The notes under the pieces were generated by a model that was not told the origin of the DNA, searched no databases, and saw only the letters and a list, made by a program, of their open reading frames with translations. DNA of 59,715 bases, the filler included, from Sphacelaria rigidula (Eukaryota): NCBI GenBank assembly GCA_964200075.2. It is 9 parts of 9 records of this genome, joined end to end, with 100 filler letters (N's around TTAATTAATTAA, not from the genome) between each part and the next. Parts side by side here need not be neighbours in the genome. Positions count along the whole stretch, not along the records: positions 1 to 6,547 come from CAXNAA020019425.1; positions 6,648 to 13,194 come from CAXNAA020019426.1; 7 more parts are not named here. The stretch is one strand, 5' to 3'. This document shows positions 1 through 12,186 of this stretch, piece by piece. Each line of letters opens with the position of its first letter. Positions within the stretch are counted from its first letter, which is position 1. The translations under genes and the position numbers were made by a program.

Positions 1-62
1 GGTCAATGGTCTGACGACTATGGCATGCATGATCATGAGTATGCCCCTCCCCCCCCTCCCTC
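1..62 (+). mobile_element. 3' end of non-LTR retrotransposon (LINE), variant subfamily, with C-rich tail
   Basis: ggtcaatggtctgacgactatggcatgcatgatcatgagtatgcccc matches the reverse copy at 46348-46410 and resembles the ggtcaatggtcaaatgactaagg...atgagtacgcccc family elsewhere in the window. Confidence 0.6.
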
Positions 63-1522
63 CCTATCATAAGAGCACTGATAGATTCGACAATACTGTA
101 CGCAGTACACTTTTTGCTAATGTTGTTTATCATCCAGGGTGTGTTATACCGCACTTATCGTAAGTTGCTCACCGTCAAACCCACCGGGGGCTAGCAGCCA
201 AATGTGCTCCTCCCCTAACCGTATGTCGAGGACGAATAGCAGTACGGTGGCATCAGGTGGTGAAAAAGTTACCCCGCGTATGGCTATCTACAGTACGATG
301 ATTGACGATTTATGTACGTTGACCATATCCGTTAGCCCGCCCACCACCCTCGGACGATGGACTTTTCAGGAGTTTCGTAGGCACGGTTGTTGACCCTTGG
401 ATAGCGAGCGTCGCGTCGGAACAGTTTCACAGGCTGGCAGTCCGGAGATATTGGGGGGGTTCCCAGGGGCCGGGGGGGGGGAGGGGGGATCTGTCCGCAT
501 AGGAGCCGAAAAGCTCACCAAGTCAACCATGTGTATTTGGAAGTTTTCCCCGGAAAATTGTGAGTTGTGCACGAGGCCCGAGAGGCGCGGGATGCCCATT
601 CTGACCAATCACGGTCGTCAAAATGAGCACTTTTGTTCGGTTCGGGTGGACTACATTGGACTAAATCGCTGTCTACCCCCACGACTCATTTTGATAATGA
701 GAAATCAACCATAGATTACATGTGTACAAGTAACTTGTTTTGTATTCTGCTCGTGGTCTACACCGCCTGCCTGACCCCTCATGTGCTGCCAGCATAGCTT
801 CACACTGTCTGTAGTGTTTGTTGTTGAGCACTAGGCAGAGACATCAGCAGCATGCAGTTAATTGCGTTCAGTGGAGAGCGATGGCACACTTCTACTGTCT
901 CTCGCCGTTGTATCCAGTGAAGACATTCAGCACACATACATACCGACCCTGCACTCAATTGACTGCAGGATCAAAACCGGTCAGGGGTTCTCCGGGACTA
1001 TTTTTTATATAATATAGATGAAAAATATTCACGTGTTCATGAAAAAGTCGTTTTTTTGTGTTGCGAGAAAAGAGCAGTTCTGAACCCCAAATGTGGCACA
1101 GTCCAACTCAGTCCACCTGCGGGGGGGTCGCTGTCCAAGGGTCAAGGAATCGAACCCCCCGACCCGATTTGCCGTTTCTTAGCTTAGCGAGCCCCTGCTT
1201 TTTTACCATGGCCAAGCCATGCTCAAAATCGTACGACTCGCTGTGCGGACGTTTTCTCCTGACCCTTCACTTGGCTGTTGCGTCCCTGCAGCTTGGGACC
1301 GGAGGCGGTTGTGTTGGACTCTTGTCTTGAATATGGTGTTTGGACGTTGGACATGTCGATGTCGGGTATGCGCAAACATCCACACGTACGTTAGGATTCA
1401 CCGGAAGAGACATGGCAGCGGCGATGACAGTTTGTCAAAAGAGTACCCTTTGTCCCCCTGTGTCGAGAATATGAGTGTAGTTAGGGGTAAGAGTTCAGTC
1501 CCTAATTGGCAGGGTTGGGGCC

Positions 1523-1557
<35 letters not shown>

Positions 1558-1651
1558 GGGCAGACTGTTGTGGAAGTCACGTTCTGAAAGCATATAGGAA
1601 GTCGTTTACTCTACTGTTGTGGTTACCTTCACCTTAGTTATGCCTCTCTTG

Positions 1652-1798
1652 CACACCCTGGGCAATAGGTTACATTCTCAAAAATCGCACTGCGTAAAGT
1701 ATCGACTATTGCGTCTGTTGCATTACACAATAGATTCCATACTGTACGCAGTTCACTTTTTGACAACTTGATGTATTGTTATTATCCAGGGTATTGTG
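1652..1798. mobile_element. CACACCCTGG-TIR MITE (CACTA/CMC-like termini)
   Basis: cacaccctgg ... ccagggtattgtg; core gattccatactgtacgcagt shared with copies at 80-143, 8898-9046, 18050-18105, 43328-43463 and 44447-44584. Confidence 0.6.
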
Positions 1799-2278
1799 TC
1801 TCGTAGATGATGACCATGGCTGGGTCCCTCGGGGATCAGTTGACGTACGACAATCAATTAATGAATCAAACAATCAGTCAGTCAATCGAGAGTATTGTAC
1901 TGCGTAATTGTATCATGGCACTGAATAATTTCATGTTTTTATTGCTGTGGGGTACTGTTAGTCGTGCTCGAGCAAAATAATGAACCAAAAATGGTTGTCA
2001 TCCGCATGCGCTCAAATCACATATAGCAGTCACCCGCACGCAAAACTATGTAGCATGGCATCAGGGGTACGTTCTCACCGACACGTTACGCTTCTCTCTC
2101 AAGTGCACAGTGTATATAGAAGCTCTCAGGCGACAGCTCCCGTCCCTTCTGTAGGCTAACAATATTACAGATCATGTTATTGCGCACAGTCGGCTTTTTT
2201 CTCGTGCTGAATACGTGCGGAGAATAACATACCTCCCCCACCCCTACTGCCACCACCACCATTGTGTATCCTGCACAG

Positions 2279-2429
2279 CTGTGTGGAAGGAAAGACTGCG
2301 GGTCTTCGAGATGGCGACGAGTGCGAGGAAGAGGTTGTCGCGTACAAGGAGTGCCGACAGAGGGTGAAGGCCGGAAAGCGCGTCAAGGGCACAGACAATA
2401 GTAGTAGGGATCAGAAGCTACTGCGATAG
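2279..2429 (+). CDS. Terminal exon of a small CX9C/CHCH-like protein (putative mitochondrial intermembrane space)
   Basis: Pyrimidine-rich tract and cacag acceptor, then c|CVEGKTAGLRDGDECEEEVVAYKECRQRVKAGKRVKGTDNSSRDQKLLR*, containing C-X9-C; upstream exon not identified. Confidence 0.5.
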
Positions 2430-2899
2430 CAGGGGGTGTGATGACACTCTCCTATCCGAGTATATGTATTGGGAGGGGGGGGGCGTACTCAGTATATCTC
2501 CGGCGGGGGCAAATTTTTTTACTGCGGTAGTATCAGCGAGTCGTGTATCACGAGTTGCGTAGATGTAGTCTTGACAAATACGGTGAACAAAACAAGAAAT
2601 TCTACAGTATTACGTGACCATGGGTTCGAAGGATCAGGCTCATGTACGGAAATATGACTAAATAATATTAGACTTGATCGTAGTCTAGCGAAAACTGATT
2701 AATTTCTCTGTGGTTTTTCTGGGCGTCGCTATTGTTGTTATTTCTTAGCCTACAAGTGAAACATATGCCTGAACCACCAACATGTCAAAGGTCGTTTGTG
2801 CGTGCCCTCCGGTGACAAGGGTAATGATGAAGTCTTTCTCAGGGTGAGAGACGGTCAGGATTACAGTAGGAGTCTTGCTGTAAAGAAGCATGAGAATTA

Positions 2900-2976
2900 G
2901 GGGGGCGTCGTCGTTTGTTGCTTGCCTTAGTCGTTCGACCAGTGACCACGTATCCCTTTCGAGACGGAGCACCGTT
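2900..2976 (-). mobile_element. 5'-truncated LINE 3' end
   Basis: Reverse complement reads aacggtgctccgtctcgaaagggatacgtggtcactggtcgaacgactaaggcaagcaacaaacgacgacgcccccc; same family as 37466-37582. Confidence 0.75.
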
Positions 2977-3118
2977 TGGAACTTATTTGTTCATTCAAAA
3001 TGGGGGGAGGGGGGGGGGTATGCGAGTCATTCTGCCTCTTGCCGAACCGGTACGATTTACGTACGCACTGTAAACACCCTCCAAATGTTCGCGGCCTAGG
3101 CCAGGACCCGCAAAGTCG

Positions 3119-3770
3119 GTGTGTGTTGCCATCCCATCTGTTCTGGACGCCAGTCTGCAACTTTCGGTATATGTGGGCGCAGCAGCCAGAGTCACACAGG
3201 AGGAAGGCCAACACAGGAGTTTTTTTGTTTTTTTTTGTTTTCCACTTTCCTTCTGCGGTGCTTGCCTTCTTTTTTTAACGCTAGAGGGGTTCAGGCGTCC
3301 TCGTCGACCGTGCAGTCGAATTTCGTGTACCCACGACTTAGTCGCTCTCCACTGTGTTGGGCATTGTGTGAGAAAAAATCCCAGATCGTGTGACTGCACC
3401 GAGATTCGAACTCACGACCCAAGCAACGATTTTCGTGCGATTGAGAGTAGAGGATACGATAGAGAGTGAAAAACGGTCAAATCGTGAATTAATCGTTTCA
3501 GCTCCGAAATGCCCCTCCACGAGGCCCTATATGCTTTCTGTAGTAGCTTGCCAGTGAGGCCCTTCATATCCCTGAGTAGGATATCGACGTGTAGCTGGAA
3601 GCACACGCCAGTGATGGAGGCAAAGAAAAGCACACACGGAATGAAAAATTGTCCAAGTTGAAGCTAATGATCAAAGCGACTCTCAATCAGCGCTCTACTC
3701 TGAAATATCACGAAAACGCTGTTAACCGTCAAAAGGTTTCGAGGTTACCAACTGAGCCACCGGGACGACC
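3119..3770 (-). mobile_element. tRNA-derived SINE with (CA)n tail, interrupted by a MITE at 3425-3723
   Basis: Minus-strand head ggtcgtcccggTGGCTCAGTTGGtaacc (A box) and gagTTCGAATCtc (B box); body colinear with 7044-7417 and 59484-59715. Confidence 0.8.
3425..3723. mobile_element. AAC...GTT MITE with 4-bp TSD (aagc/aacc)
   Basis: TIRs aacgattttcgtgcgattgagagtag / ctactctgaaatatcacgaaaacgctgtt; the uninterrupted SINE at ~7370 has a single aacc. Confidence 0.75.
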
Positions 3771-4849
3771 GGCAATGTTATGCCGCCAAGAAATGCCTCT
3801 TCGTAGAGTTGGTTGTTGTCGAGAGAACGGTTCGAGAGGTAACCTTTTCGCCCGTACCAGGTGTCGGCAAGCCCGGAGGGTATTGTACCTTGCACCATTC
3901 TTCGCGTGTTTGATGCGCACCCAGGGTGCCCAAGCCATAATTGTTTTCGCATAATAGTTCGTGAGTCTTGTGCACTCTGCTCTGCTTTCTTTGTCTCCCA
4001 CCATTTTATTGGCCGACTTTCTCGTGACCGCTCCAGCACTTGGCGGTTTTTTTCTCTTTTTTCTGAACACAATTATCAGACTGAGATTTGAGCGCAAATC
4101 CGTGTGATCACTACGTTGTAAGCAATTAATTAGAGTGTTTTTCTTGGATTCGCCGCGATGTAAAAAGGGTGATCGGCGCTTGACAGATATTTGTGATTGT
4201 TTACCCCTCGTCTTCGGTACGAGCTGGACCAGCCTAAAAACGGGTTCAAGCTCTCACAGCCATATTTCATCTACACGGACGGATTAGGCCGTTATCCGCA
4301 CATCTGATTGTAATAATCGTCTAATCGGAGAGAAGATGCCCATCTGCTCCATATCCTAAGCCACTCTTTTTCTAGTTGGTTGAACCCCGTATGACGATTA
4401 ATTCCTATACCCGATAAGGTCCATACTGACGTCTATATGAAGCCCTGAAAGATATTTACAGCTGAGGGTGATTTTTTGTGTGAACATTCCCTGAAGGACG
4501 GGGAAACGATCGATACCGTCACCTTCAACCATTGCGCTATTTACATGGAGATATGGCGCACATGATATTCCATTCTAAAGTAGATACACTGCGAGCAGAC
4601 ACATTAAATGCAGTGGATCTGGATTTCGCGTCTCACTTTGAAGCGTTGTGCTTTGAAATTTGGTATACGTCTGTATGGAGTACAGTATCGCAAGGGCAAA
4701 ATAAAAACAAACGTCGAGGACCTTGGGGATTTCTTTCGTGAATTAAGGACGTCATTTTGAAATATGGACATTGTTTTTGGCCCTCAATTGAGTTTCTCAT
4801 CTCAGTTGTTAGAGTTGTGCTTTGAAATTTTGTGTGGAGAAGCGCAGGG

Positions 4850-5308
4850 AACACCATATTCGTGAGATTCAGAGCATAATATCGGATTCAGAGTGGATGC
4901 TCTAGCGTTCCTTGCAGGCATTTTTATTTTTGCTCAAGCACACGTCCTGTGCATGCAGCTACCTTTCAGTACCCCATTCGAGGAATTCGGCGGTCTGGTT
5001 GGTGAGATACCGCACAAAGCATTTTCACGGCTGGGGGGCATTTCGGAACTGAAACTGTTTCAGGCACTAATCGTTTTCTCCTGAAAGAGGGGATCTTTTG
5101 TTGCAATGGACTGACTACGTCGTTGCGATCAAGTAAGTGATGTGTCAAAGTGATGGTGTAGGTGACAGCTTTAATTGAAGCCACCGCTTTACCAGCTGGG
5201 CGCATTACTCCTCGAACTGTGGCGGTGTCAAAATCGACGGGAAAGTCAATTGTTTCGGGTCTCACTCTGAATCCGATGTTACACTCTGAATCTCACGAAT
5301 TTAGTGTT
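4850..5308. mobile_element. AAC...GTT MITE with ~46-bp TIR and 4-bp TSD (aggg/aagg)
   Basis: aacaccatattcgtgagattcagagcataatatcggattcagagtg vs cactctgaatccgatgttacactctgaatctcacgaatttagtgtt; empty site in the paralogue at ~11011-11038. Confidence 0.75.
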
Positions 5309-5356
5309 AAGGGTATACTAAGGACACTTCTCATGTATAATATATTATGTATATAT

Positions 5357-6110
5357 TGTTGGAAACTGCCTTTGTGACCCTTCTCCGTTGTTTTATGCCC
5401 GAAACGGGGGCGAGACAGATGTGGACACCTCGGAATGACTTGCTGTACTCGTTGAGACCGTTCCAGGGCACCTTTGCGGTTCCCTGGTGCCACAGTGTTT
5501 TTCTGGCCGAACTTGCTTTTTAATAGCAAACGGTGATCTTATCAGGACCTCTAGATGACCCGACCCGCTTACTAATAACTCCGGGCTAGTCAACCCGGAC
5601 CGTCTTCCCGGGTCTGTCACGTTGGGACTGTCATCCTCCAATCCATAGTTTGGGATCGTCATTTTCCCGTCTCGGGAGGCTCCTTCGTGGCAGCCCCCTA
5701 CCCAGGCACTCTGTGTTTCAACCCAAACCCTGCCTTGCAAATTCCGTCCAGTCCAAGTCCACGTCTCGGGTCAGTACACTCCGTACCCTTTCATCGAGTG
5801 AGAAGCTACGACCGACATACACCCACTGTACGGGTAGGGTAAGTCACACTCATTGTTCGACTGTACCTTATTATAGTGAAGTTATAAAAAAAAGAACTGC
5901 GTCAGTTTTCTCCTTTTTTTTGATAACTTGACCGTTTGTCATTGAAAAAATGGAAGTTTAGCAAAAACAAATGCGGCACCCGGGGAGCGAAAAGGTGCCC
6001 TGGAACGGTCTCAACGAGTACAGCAAACCATTCCAAGCTGTTCATATCCGCCTAACCCTCTTTCCGGGCGTAAAACGGTGGAGAAGGGTCAAAAATGCAG
6101 TTTTCATCAA
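5357..6110. repeat. Long inverted repeat (~190-bp arms), foldback-like element
   Basis: 5357-5545 is the reverse complement of 5915-6110 (e.g. tgctgtactcgttgagaccgttccagggcacc / ggtgccctggaacggtctcaacgagtacagca). Confidence 0.75.
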
Positions 6111-6547
6111 GACATACATATTTTTCATGAATGAACGTATGAAGTGAGCCAAGAACGAACGTGCCGGCACCATAATAACTTCTTTTTTTTTCTCGTGAGT
6201 TAATTTTGTCATCTTTATGCAGTTGCCATTCTCCACACAGAAAGGTCAAAGGGCAGTGTCAAAACTGGGCTGGTAAATGGCCTACTGAGTACTGTTCCGA
6301 TTCTTGACTAGCCCAGGCTGTAAAAAATTGAAGGCTCATCTCAATTTTGAGAGTTGCACCCTGAAATTTGGTAAGGAGAACCGCTGGTTCAGAAGAAAAA
6401 GAAGTTCGGCTCCTTGACTGTTTTTCTTCATGATTTTTCCGTCTCTTCAGCGACGAAACGGTAAATATTCAGATAAATTGATACGTTTAAAATTCTTCAC
6501 ACTAACGATCGAGATCGTGTTTCCCTCCTATACTGCACAGACCTCAG

Positions 6548-6647
6548 NNNNNNNNNNNNNNNNNNNNNNNNNNNNNNNNNNNNNNNNNNNNTTAATTAAT
6601 TAANNNNNNNNNNNNNNNNNNNNNNNNNNNNNNNNNNNNNNNNNNNN
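6548..6647. other. Artificial contig-joining linker
   Basis: N44-TTAATTAATTAA-N44 (stops in all six frames). Confidence 0.98.
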
Positions 6648-7043
6648 CGGCGCTGGCGGCGGGGGGGCGGGGGGGGGGGGGGGGGGGGGCAAGAGATGAA
6701 GTTGGGTCTGAAAAGATATGTAGCTCGTCAAGTCTCACGTCCTGGTTGCATGGACGTCATGCTTGCAATTTTTGGGGTATATATTCGAGTAGTTGGGGGG
6801 AAACCTCGCGATCGAATCTGCCGCTATGTTTTAGTCCAGTTTTCGAAATAAAAACACAGGGATAAACTTCAGTACGCAACGCTTCACTTGTACAGGTATA
6901 CATCCTAGCTTCTCGCAGAGACTCTCTCTGCGACTTCTCGCACAGCTTTGGGAGAGTGGATTTGAACACTGGTTGATTTCACTGCTCCCGACCTATCCCC
7001 TTATGCAGCAAATGGAGTGGCGGTGTGGAAACGCATCGCACAC

Positions 7044-7417
7044 TGTGTGTTGTGTTGCTGTATTCTGTGTGTGATGTCGTCCCATCTATTCTGGAGGCCG
7101 GTCTACCCCTTTCGGTATATGTGGGCGCACCAGCCGGAGTCACACAGGAGGAAGGCCAACACAGAAGTTTTCTTTTTTGTTTTCGTTGTTTTTATTTCTC
7201 CACCTTCTTCCTGCGGTGCTTGCCTTCATTTAATATTGCGAGAGGGGCTCAGCAATCCCTTTCGCTCGTCGACCAAGTCGAATTTTGTGTACCGACGACA
7301 TGGTCGCTCTCCACTGTTGAGCATTGTGCGAGAAAAAATCCCAGATCGCTCCGAGATTTGAACCCACGACCCAACCGTCATAGGGTCTTGAGGTACCAAC
7401 TGAGCCACTGGGGTGAC
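7044..7417 (-). mobile_element. Complete tRNA-derived SINE with (CA)n-type tail
   Basis: Minus strand: gtcaccccagTGGCTCAGTTGGtacc...gtggGTTCAAATCtcgg (A and B boxes), body, then gatgggacgacatcacacac tail. Confidence 0.8.
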
Positions 7418-7771
7418 ACTATATATATCCCAATAAGATTGCATCTCGTTTCCACTTGCTTCGGGCAGTAAAAACGCCCACGCTCGTACCTACCCCACAT
7501 CCAGCCTACGGTGCGGGGGTGCGGCAAACGCATTGCACATGATCACATTCCATATTACCGCGTCTCGTCCCCAGTTGCTTCGGCCAGCAAGGACGTCAGA
7601 TACAACGTTCGTGGATCTGCTGCCACCATGATGAAACAGCGAAACACGATTGATGTTCGGCCGGTGCACAGAGTAATTCGTGCGGACAAACGCGTCCTTT
7701 GACTTCGACAACCGTGATTCCTGCGCTCTGTTTCTTCAACTTCACCGCAAAACAGTCATCAAGCACCTCAC

Positions 7772-7883
7772 CCTGGGTAACGGCGACGACGAGAACGCCG
7801 AACAGGAGGATGGGCACCCTCAGCCACGACAAATCCGTCTTTTTCCTGTCGTACGGAAGGTATGCCTTGTGGATAGTCAGTCC
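7772..7883 (-). CDS. Fifth visible exon of a WD40-like beta-propeller membrane protein; contains the transmembrane segment
   Basis: cag|GLTIHKAYLPYDRKKTDLSWLRVPILLFGVLVVAVTQ|gtgagg; phase compatible with the previous exon; layout resembles plant At1g75140-type proteins (from memory). Confidence 0.7.
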
Positions 7884-8157
7884 CTGTGATACCATGGCGT
7901 GGCGAGAACAAGGGAAACAATGTCACACAAGTACGTGATGGCAGTAAGAAGAGGTGGAGGGTACGACACCCCTGCAGTCAGCAAGAGGGGCGGGCCAACA
8001 TCATGTACACACAAGATGCACATGAACACTTGACATACCAATCGTTTACATTAACTTCATCAGCGGTCGAAATACGAGAGTGCATGCACGGACGTGCAGA
8101 CAAATAGGCGCGCACAATAAAAAACCTAAAACGCAACACACCCAGACAACGACTCAC

Positions 8158-8517
8158 GGCAGAGCACGACTTTGCCTCAACGACGAGGACTTCGCTGCTG
8201 GAGTACGACGATAGTACCGTCCACGGGGGCGCGAGCAAAACGCCTGGTGCTACACCGCAACCCTCCTCCTCGGTTTCGCCACCGCTATCGTCCAAGACTC
8301 CTGGCCCCGATTTTTCTTTGGTGAAAAGCAACCTGGCATCCGCAGTCGTGTTGAACACCGACATACGGGCGCCGTGTGAAACAAGGAGATAGCCCCGAAC
8401 GGTCGACAGGGCGTTGCACGTTTCTTTGCCGCCATCTTTCGGGTGGGGTGGAGGAAGCTGGTAGGCCGGCAAGCACGTGTACGAGCCGTCCGCCTCTTGC
8501 ACCCTACTGTTGAAACC
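8158..8517 (-). CDS. Fourth visible exon of the beta-propeller membrane protein
   Basis: cgcag|GFNSRVQEADGSYTCL...GYLLVSHGARMSVFNTT...EAKSCSA|gtgagt; 360 bp, phase 0/0. Confidence 0.75.
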
Positions 8518-8897
8518 CTGCGTTTGTTTTGCGAGTGTTACGGTCAGCAGGAACAGCAAGCACAACAGTGGTGCATTTCAATTTTTTGGCCGTACCACGC
8601 ACCGTTAATGAAACTGGTCTTAGGTTACTTTCGTGGCGATATCTCAGACGGAGGAGACCCATGGCGTCAACACAAAAATTCTGGCCCAAGGGTCACCACT
8701 GTGGTACGTGAAACTACAACACAAGGTTCGACCAGACTGGGAAAAAAGCATGCATTTCTTATCATGATCGACGTTTTTTCCGCCATTCCGATTATTTCTA
8801 TCGTGACCGTTTGTTCGTGTTGCGTACTCTCCTTCCCTTTCACTCCCTCTCTTATTTTTGCTGGTTTCGATTTCCCTAGTTTGTAAACTCAATTCAC

Positions 8898-9046
8898 CAC
8901 ACCCTGGCCAACAGCTTTCCTTGGTAAAAAGTGTACTGTGTGCAGTATCGAATCCATTGCCCATTGCAGTAGACATTGGATTCGATACTGTACGCAGTAC
9001 ATTTTTTGACAATGAAAGCTTTTTTTTTGTCATCACCCAGGGTGTG
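8898..9046. mobile_element. CACACCCTGG-TIR MITE (intronic)
   Basis: cacaccctgg...ccagggtgtg with internal inverted gtactgtgtgcagtatcgaatcc / ggattcgatactgtacgcagtac. Confidence 0.75.
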
Positions 9047-9349
9047 CAAACTTACTCCGTTTGTTTCACCTCTCCCTTGTCTTTGTCCTTCCTCGAGTTT
9101 CCTTCAGCGCCTGTTTTCACTTTTTTTACCTTGGGTGCATCTACCCTGTGACCACGGCGGGATGTCTCCGAGATCCGTTCCCGTTAATGTGCAACAATCA
9201 ATCAATCAATTGATCAGTACACCTGTAACAGGCTCACCACGGAACAAGCGCCACCGACAGGCATGATATACTACGCGACTCCCAAAGTCCCGCTTAAAGT
9301 CAATCCCCTCCCTCGTCACAGGTGCACTGGACGACTGAACACTTCTCAC

Positions 9350-9538
9350 CAAGACGTCACCAGCCTCCGATCCGGCGTACAGCTTTCCGGGTGACAACGC
9401 GTCAAAGGCGAGCGCGGTGATCAGCGTGCCTGTGTCGACGTTGGCACCCCAGCCTCCACGGCACACGCGACCGGGGATCGCCTCTAACTTTGCGACGCTG
9501 GCGAAACGCACGTCTTCGCCGTCGGAGTAAGCGATGGA
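9350..9538 (-). CDS. Third visible exon of the beta-propeller membrane protein
   Basis: gcag|SIAYSDGEDVRFASV...ITALAFDALSPGKLYAGSEAGDVL|gtgaga; WD40-like strands; 189 bp, phase 0/0. Confidence 0.8.
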
Positions 9539-9865
9539 CTGCACGTGGTGTTATAGTAGATCAATACGGGAGTCCAGACGCCAGACCCAGCCACACGTGC
9601 AAATTTATACCGACGCGAGAGATTGACACGGCAGGGTAGGGAGGCACGGGGCAGCGGTGTCGTTGACCACGGCGCTAGGCGGTAGAGGAAATGCGATGTT
9701 TTGGACAAAAATATCATCTGGAGTGTCTGCAAGGACCAATCGCTGGACGGTATACCAAATACGGCAACGGCTGGTCGCCTGTCGTTTGCGACGGGCACGC
9801 CATTCCCCCTGTTCTCCTTGGACACGTTCACTTTTTCCATCTCTCCGTCCGTACGCATGAATGTC

Positions 9866-9897
<32 letters not shown>

Positions 9898-10065
9898 ACC
9901 ACCCCCCCCCCCCCCACACACCCTCCCGCCCCCACGCCACCNNNNNNNNNNCCTTCCCCCCTTTCCCCCTGGCCACTTTTCCTTTTTCCCTTCCCCCGCC
10001 CCTACGCTTCACCCCCCCCCCCCCCCCCCCCCCCCCCGCCCCCCAATGATCACACCTGATGAATA

Positions 10066-11632
10066 AAATTGCCCTTGTGGCGAAGCGATAGAGAGTAGAG
10101 CTCATATAGTGGGAGATTATGAACTATACTAGGAGGAACGGGATTTGTTGGAGAGGGAGATAAGGAACATGACATCGTTTGATACATCAGATAGTAGCGA
10201 GAAAACGATGGCTATACAAGGAGATTGACGGTGGCCACAGACGAAGCAGAAACGGGATTAGATACGTGAAATGTTTTTGTGTAATGTATGGAAAAAACGT
10301 GATGAGCGCCAAAATGTTGTAGGCGTCTGTAATAGTAGTGGAGGGATTCCCCTTCTCGAGAGGGATGCGCGGTCATTGGTCAAATGGCTACGAGCTGGGC
10401 CAGCCTAAAAACGGATTTAAGCTTTCAAAGCGATATCTCAACGACATAGACTAGTTAGGCCGTGATCCGCATATCGTATTAATCGTCTGATCAAGGGGAA
10501 GGTGCCCATTTGCTCAAAAAGCTGGGCCAATTTTTTCTCGTCGAGTAAACCTCAGGTATAGTAATTCCTATACCTAGCGGAGATAGCATCCACACTAAAA
10601 TCTATATGAAACCCCGAACGATCGATCAAGCGGATGATGACGATTTTTGGTGTGGACCTTCCCTGGAGCACGGGGAGACGATAGATACCCTCAATTTCAC
10701 CTAATTCGTTATCTATCTCGAGAAATGGCGGACATAAGTTTCCATACTAAAATCAGTATAATACGAGCAGAGGCACTAGATGACCTAAATCTGGATATCG
10801 CGTCTCAGTTTTTGAGAGTTGTGCTATGAAATTTGGTATGGAGAACCGCTAGTGCATAATAAAATAAAAAACACAGCTTTTACGGGTTTTTTTGTTGTTT
10901 CTCATCTTTATTCGTGTTTTTAGGGAGGGGTTGAGGAGAAATGAGCATTGCTCTTGGGCCTTATCTCAATTTTTCAGCTCAATTTTTAGAATTGTGATTT
11001 GAAACTTTGCATGGAAAACGTCAGAGGTATGCTGAGTTGAAAAAAAAAAGGGCCTTCATTTTTTTTTCATGAGAGGTTCGGGCGTTCTCGTAAAAAAATT
11101 ACCGTTATCATACTAAAACGCCCTCAATCAGTGAAAAAAATAATAGAATCCAACCTCACCCATTTTTCTTGGTTCATCACGACCTAGCAAGGTCCCGCAC
11201 AAAGTTTCAATCCACAAACACCAAACGTGGGCCAATAAACGGCCTGCAAAATACTGTTCCGATTTTCCGCTGCCTCGGTCTTTCAAAGGTAAATTCGCAA
11301 TTTTTTTCTTGGAGTTGGAAAGTGAAATTTGGTATGGACAATCAACAGGGCATGAAGAAAAGCTATCTGTGAGGTCCCAGCGATTTTTTAGTAAAATAAA
11401 GGCAAAAATCAGTTTTGAGGTTTTAGTTAAATGCCCTTAACACACGAAAAAAAAAAAAAAACAAAAATTGGGACTTCACAGACAGCTTTTCTTCATGCCC
11501 TCTTGATTGTCCATACCAAATTTCACTTTCTAACTCCACGAAAAAAATTGCGAATTCGCCTGCAAAGTACAAATCCGTTTGTAGGCTGGCCCAGCCTGTA
11601 AGGCAAGCAACAAATCAGTATACCCTCCTCCC
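10066..11632 (+). mobile_element. Degenerate LINE ORF2 3' end (CCHC-like), split by a mariner-type MITE
   Basis: Translates CPCGEAIESRAHIVGDYELY*EERDLL...DSSEKTMAIQGD*RWPQ...FLCNVWKKRDERQNV; the 3' tail resumes at 11601 (aggcaagcaacaaatcagtataccc). Confidence 0.75.
10391..11598. mobile_element. Complete 1.2-kb Tc1/mariner-type non-autonomous element with TA TSD
   Basis: TA|cgagctgggccagcct ... aggctggcccagcctg|TA, inserted at the single TA of the LINE consensus aaatgacTAaggc. Confidence 0.85.
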
Positions 11633-11659
11633 CAAAAGATCACGCCCCTACGGTATCAC

Positions 11660-11789
11660 CTGTCCACTCCTTGCAATCGCCAAGACAGCCCTGTTGCCCC
11701 CTGCGGAGCCAAGGGCCTCGCCACTTCCGCCATCGAAAAAGCTTACTCCGCCGGTCGAGTAGCCAGCGACCACCACCGTCCTCGCCATG
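11660..11789 (-). CDS. Second visible exon of the beta-propeller membrane protein
   Basis: ttag|c MARTVVVAGYSTGGVSFFDGGSGEALGSAGGNRAVLAIARSGQ|gtgata; its first base completes the gc left by the upstream exon. Confidence 0.8.
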
Positions 11790-12186
11790 CTAACGCGCGA
11801 AACATGGCCGAGGAAGAGATATGGCCAAATGCGGCATGTGAAGAAGGGATTAAGCACAAAAGGGACATGTCTTTTCTGGGTGTGACACCGGATAAGCATA
11901 CAAGGAGAGACCATTTGAGACATGTAGTTCCACGAATGTTAGGCGGTAATATCTGCTTGAGAGATTTGCTCCCTCGTGTTTGCCGGCATGAGCCCTCAGA
12001 AGCCACCATGGCTCAAAGCACATTACTACACCCGGCGCAGGCTTGTCTAGTATGTAAACGCGAGTGCTTCATGAAACAGTAGAGAACAAAAGCGGGAGGA
12101 ACCCAGAGGGAACAACAAAACGCAACTATCTGACATGCAGGATTCAACATGGTCAACAGCAAACTGTAGGCCCACGATGTACTCAC

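Larger units (their letters stand above)
4220..6547. mobile_element. Tc1/mariner-type non-autonomous element (left end; runs off contig) with nested insertions
   Basis: TA|cgagctggaccagcctaaaaacgg start, colinear with the complete copy at 10391-11598. Confidence 0.7.

Noticed and set aside
7350..7417. tRNA gene
   Set aside because: A and B boxes are present, but there is no proper cloverleaf and it is joined to a repeated body and tail: a SINE head
9484..10105. Poly-Pro and poly-Gly ORFs (extensin/formin-like)
   Set aside because: Translation of intronic C homopolymers around a 10-N gap
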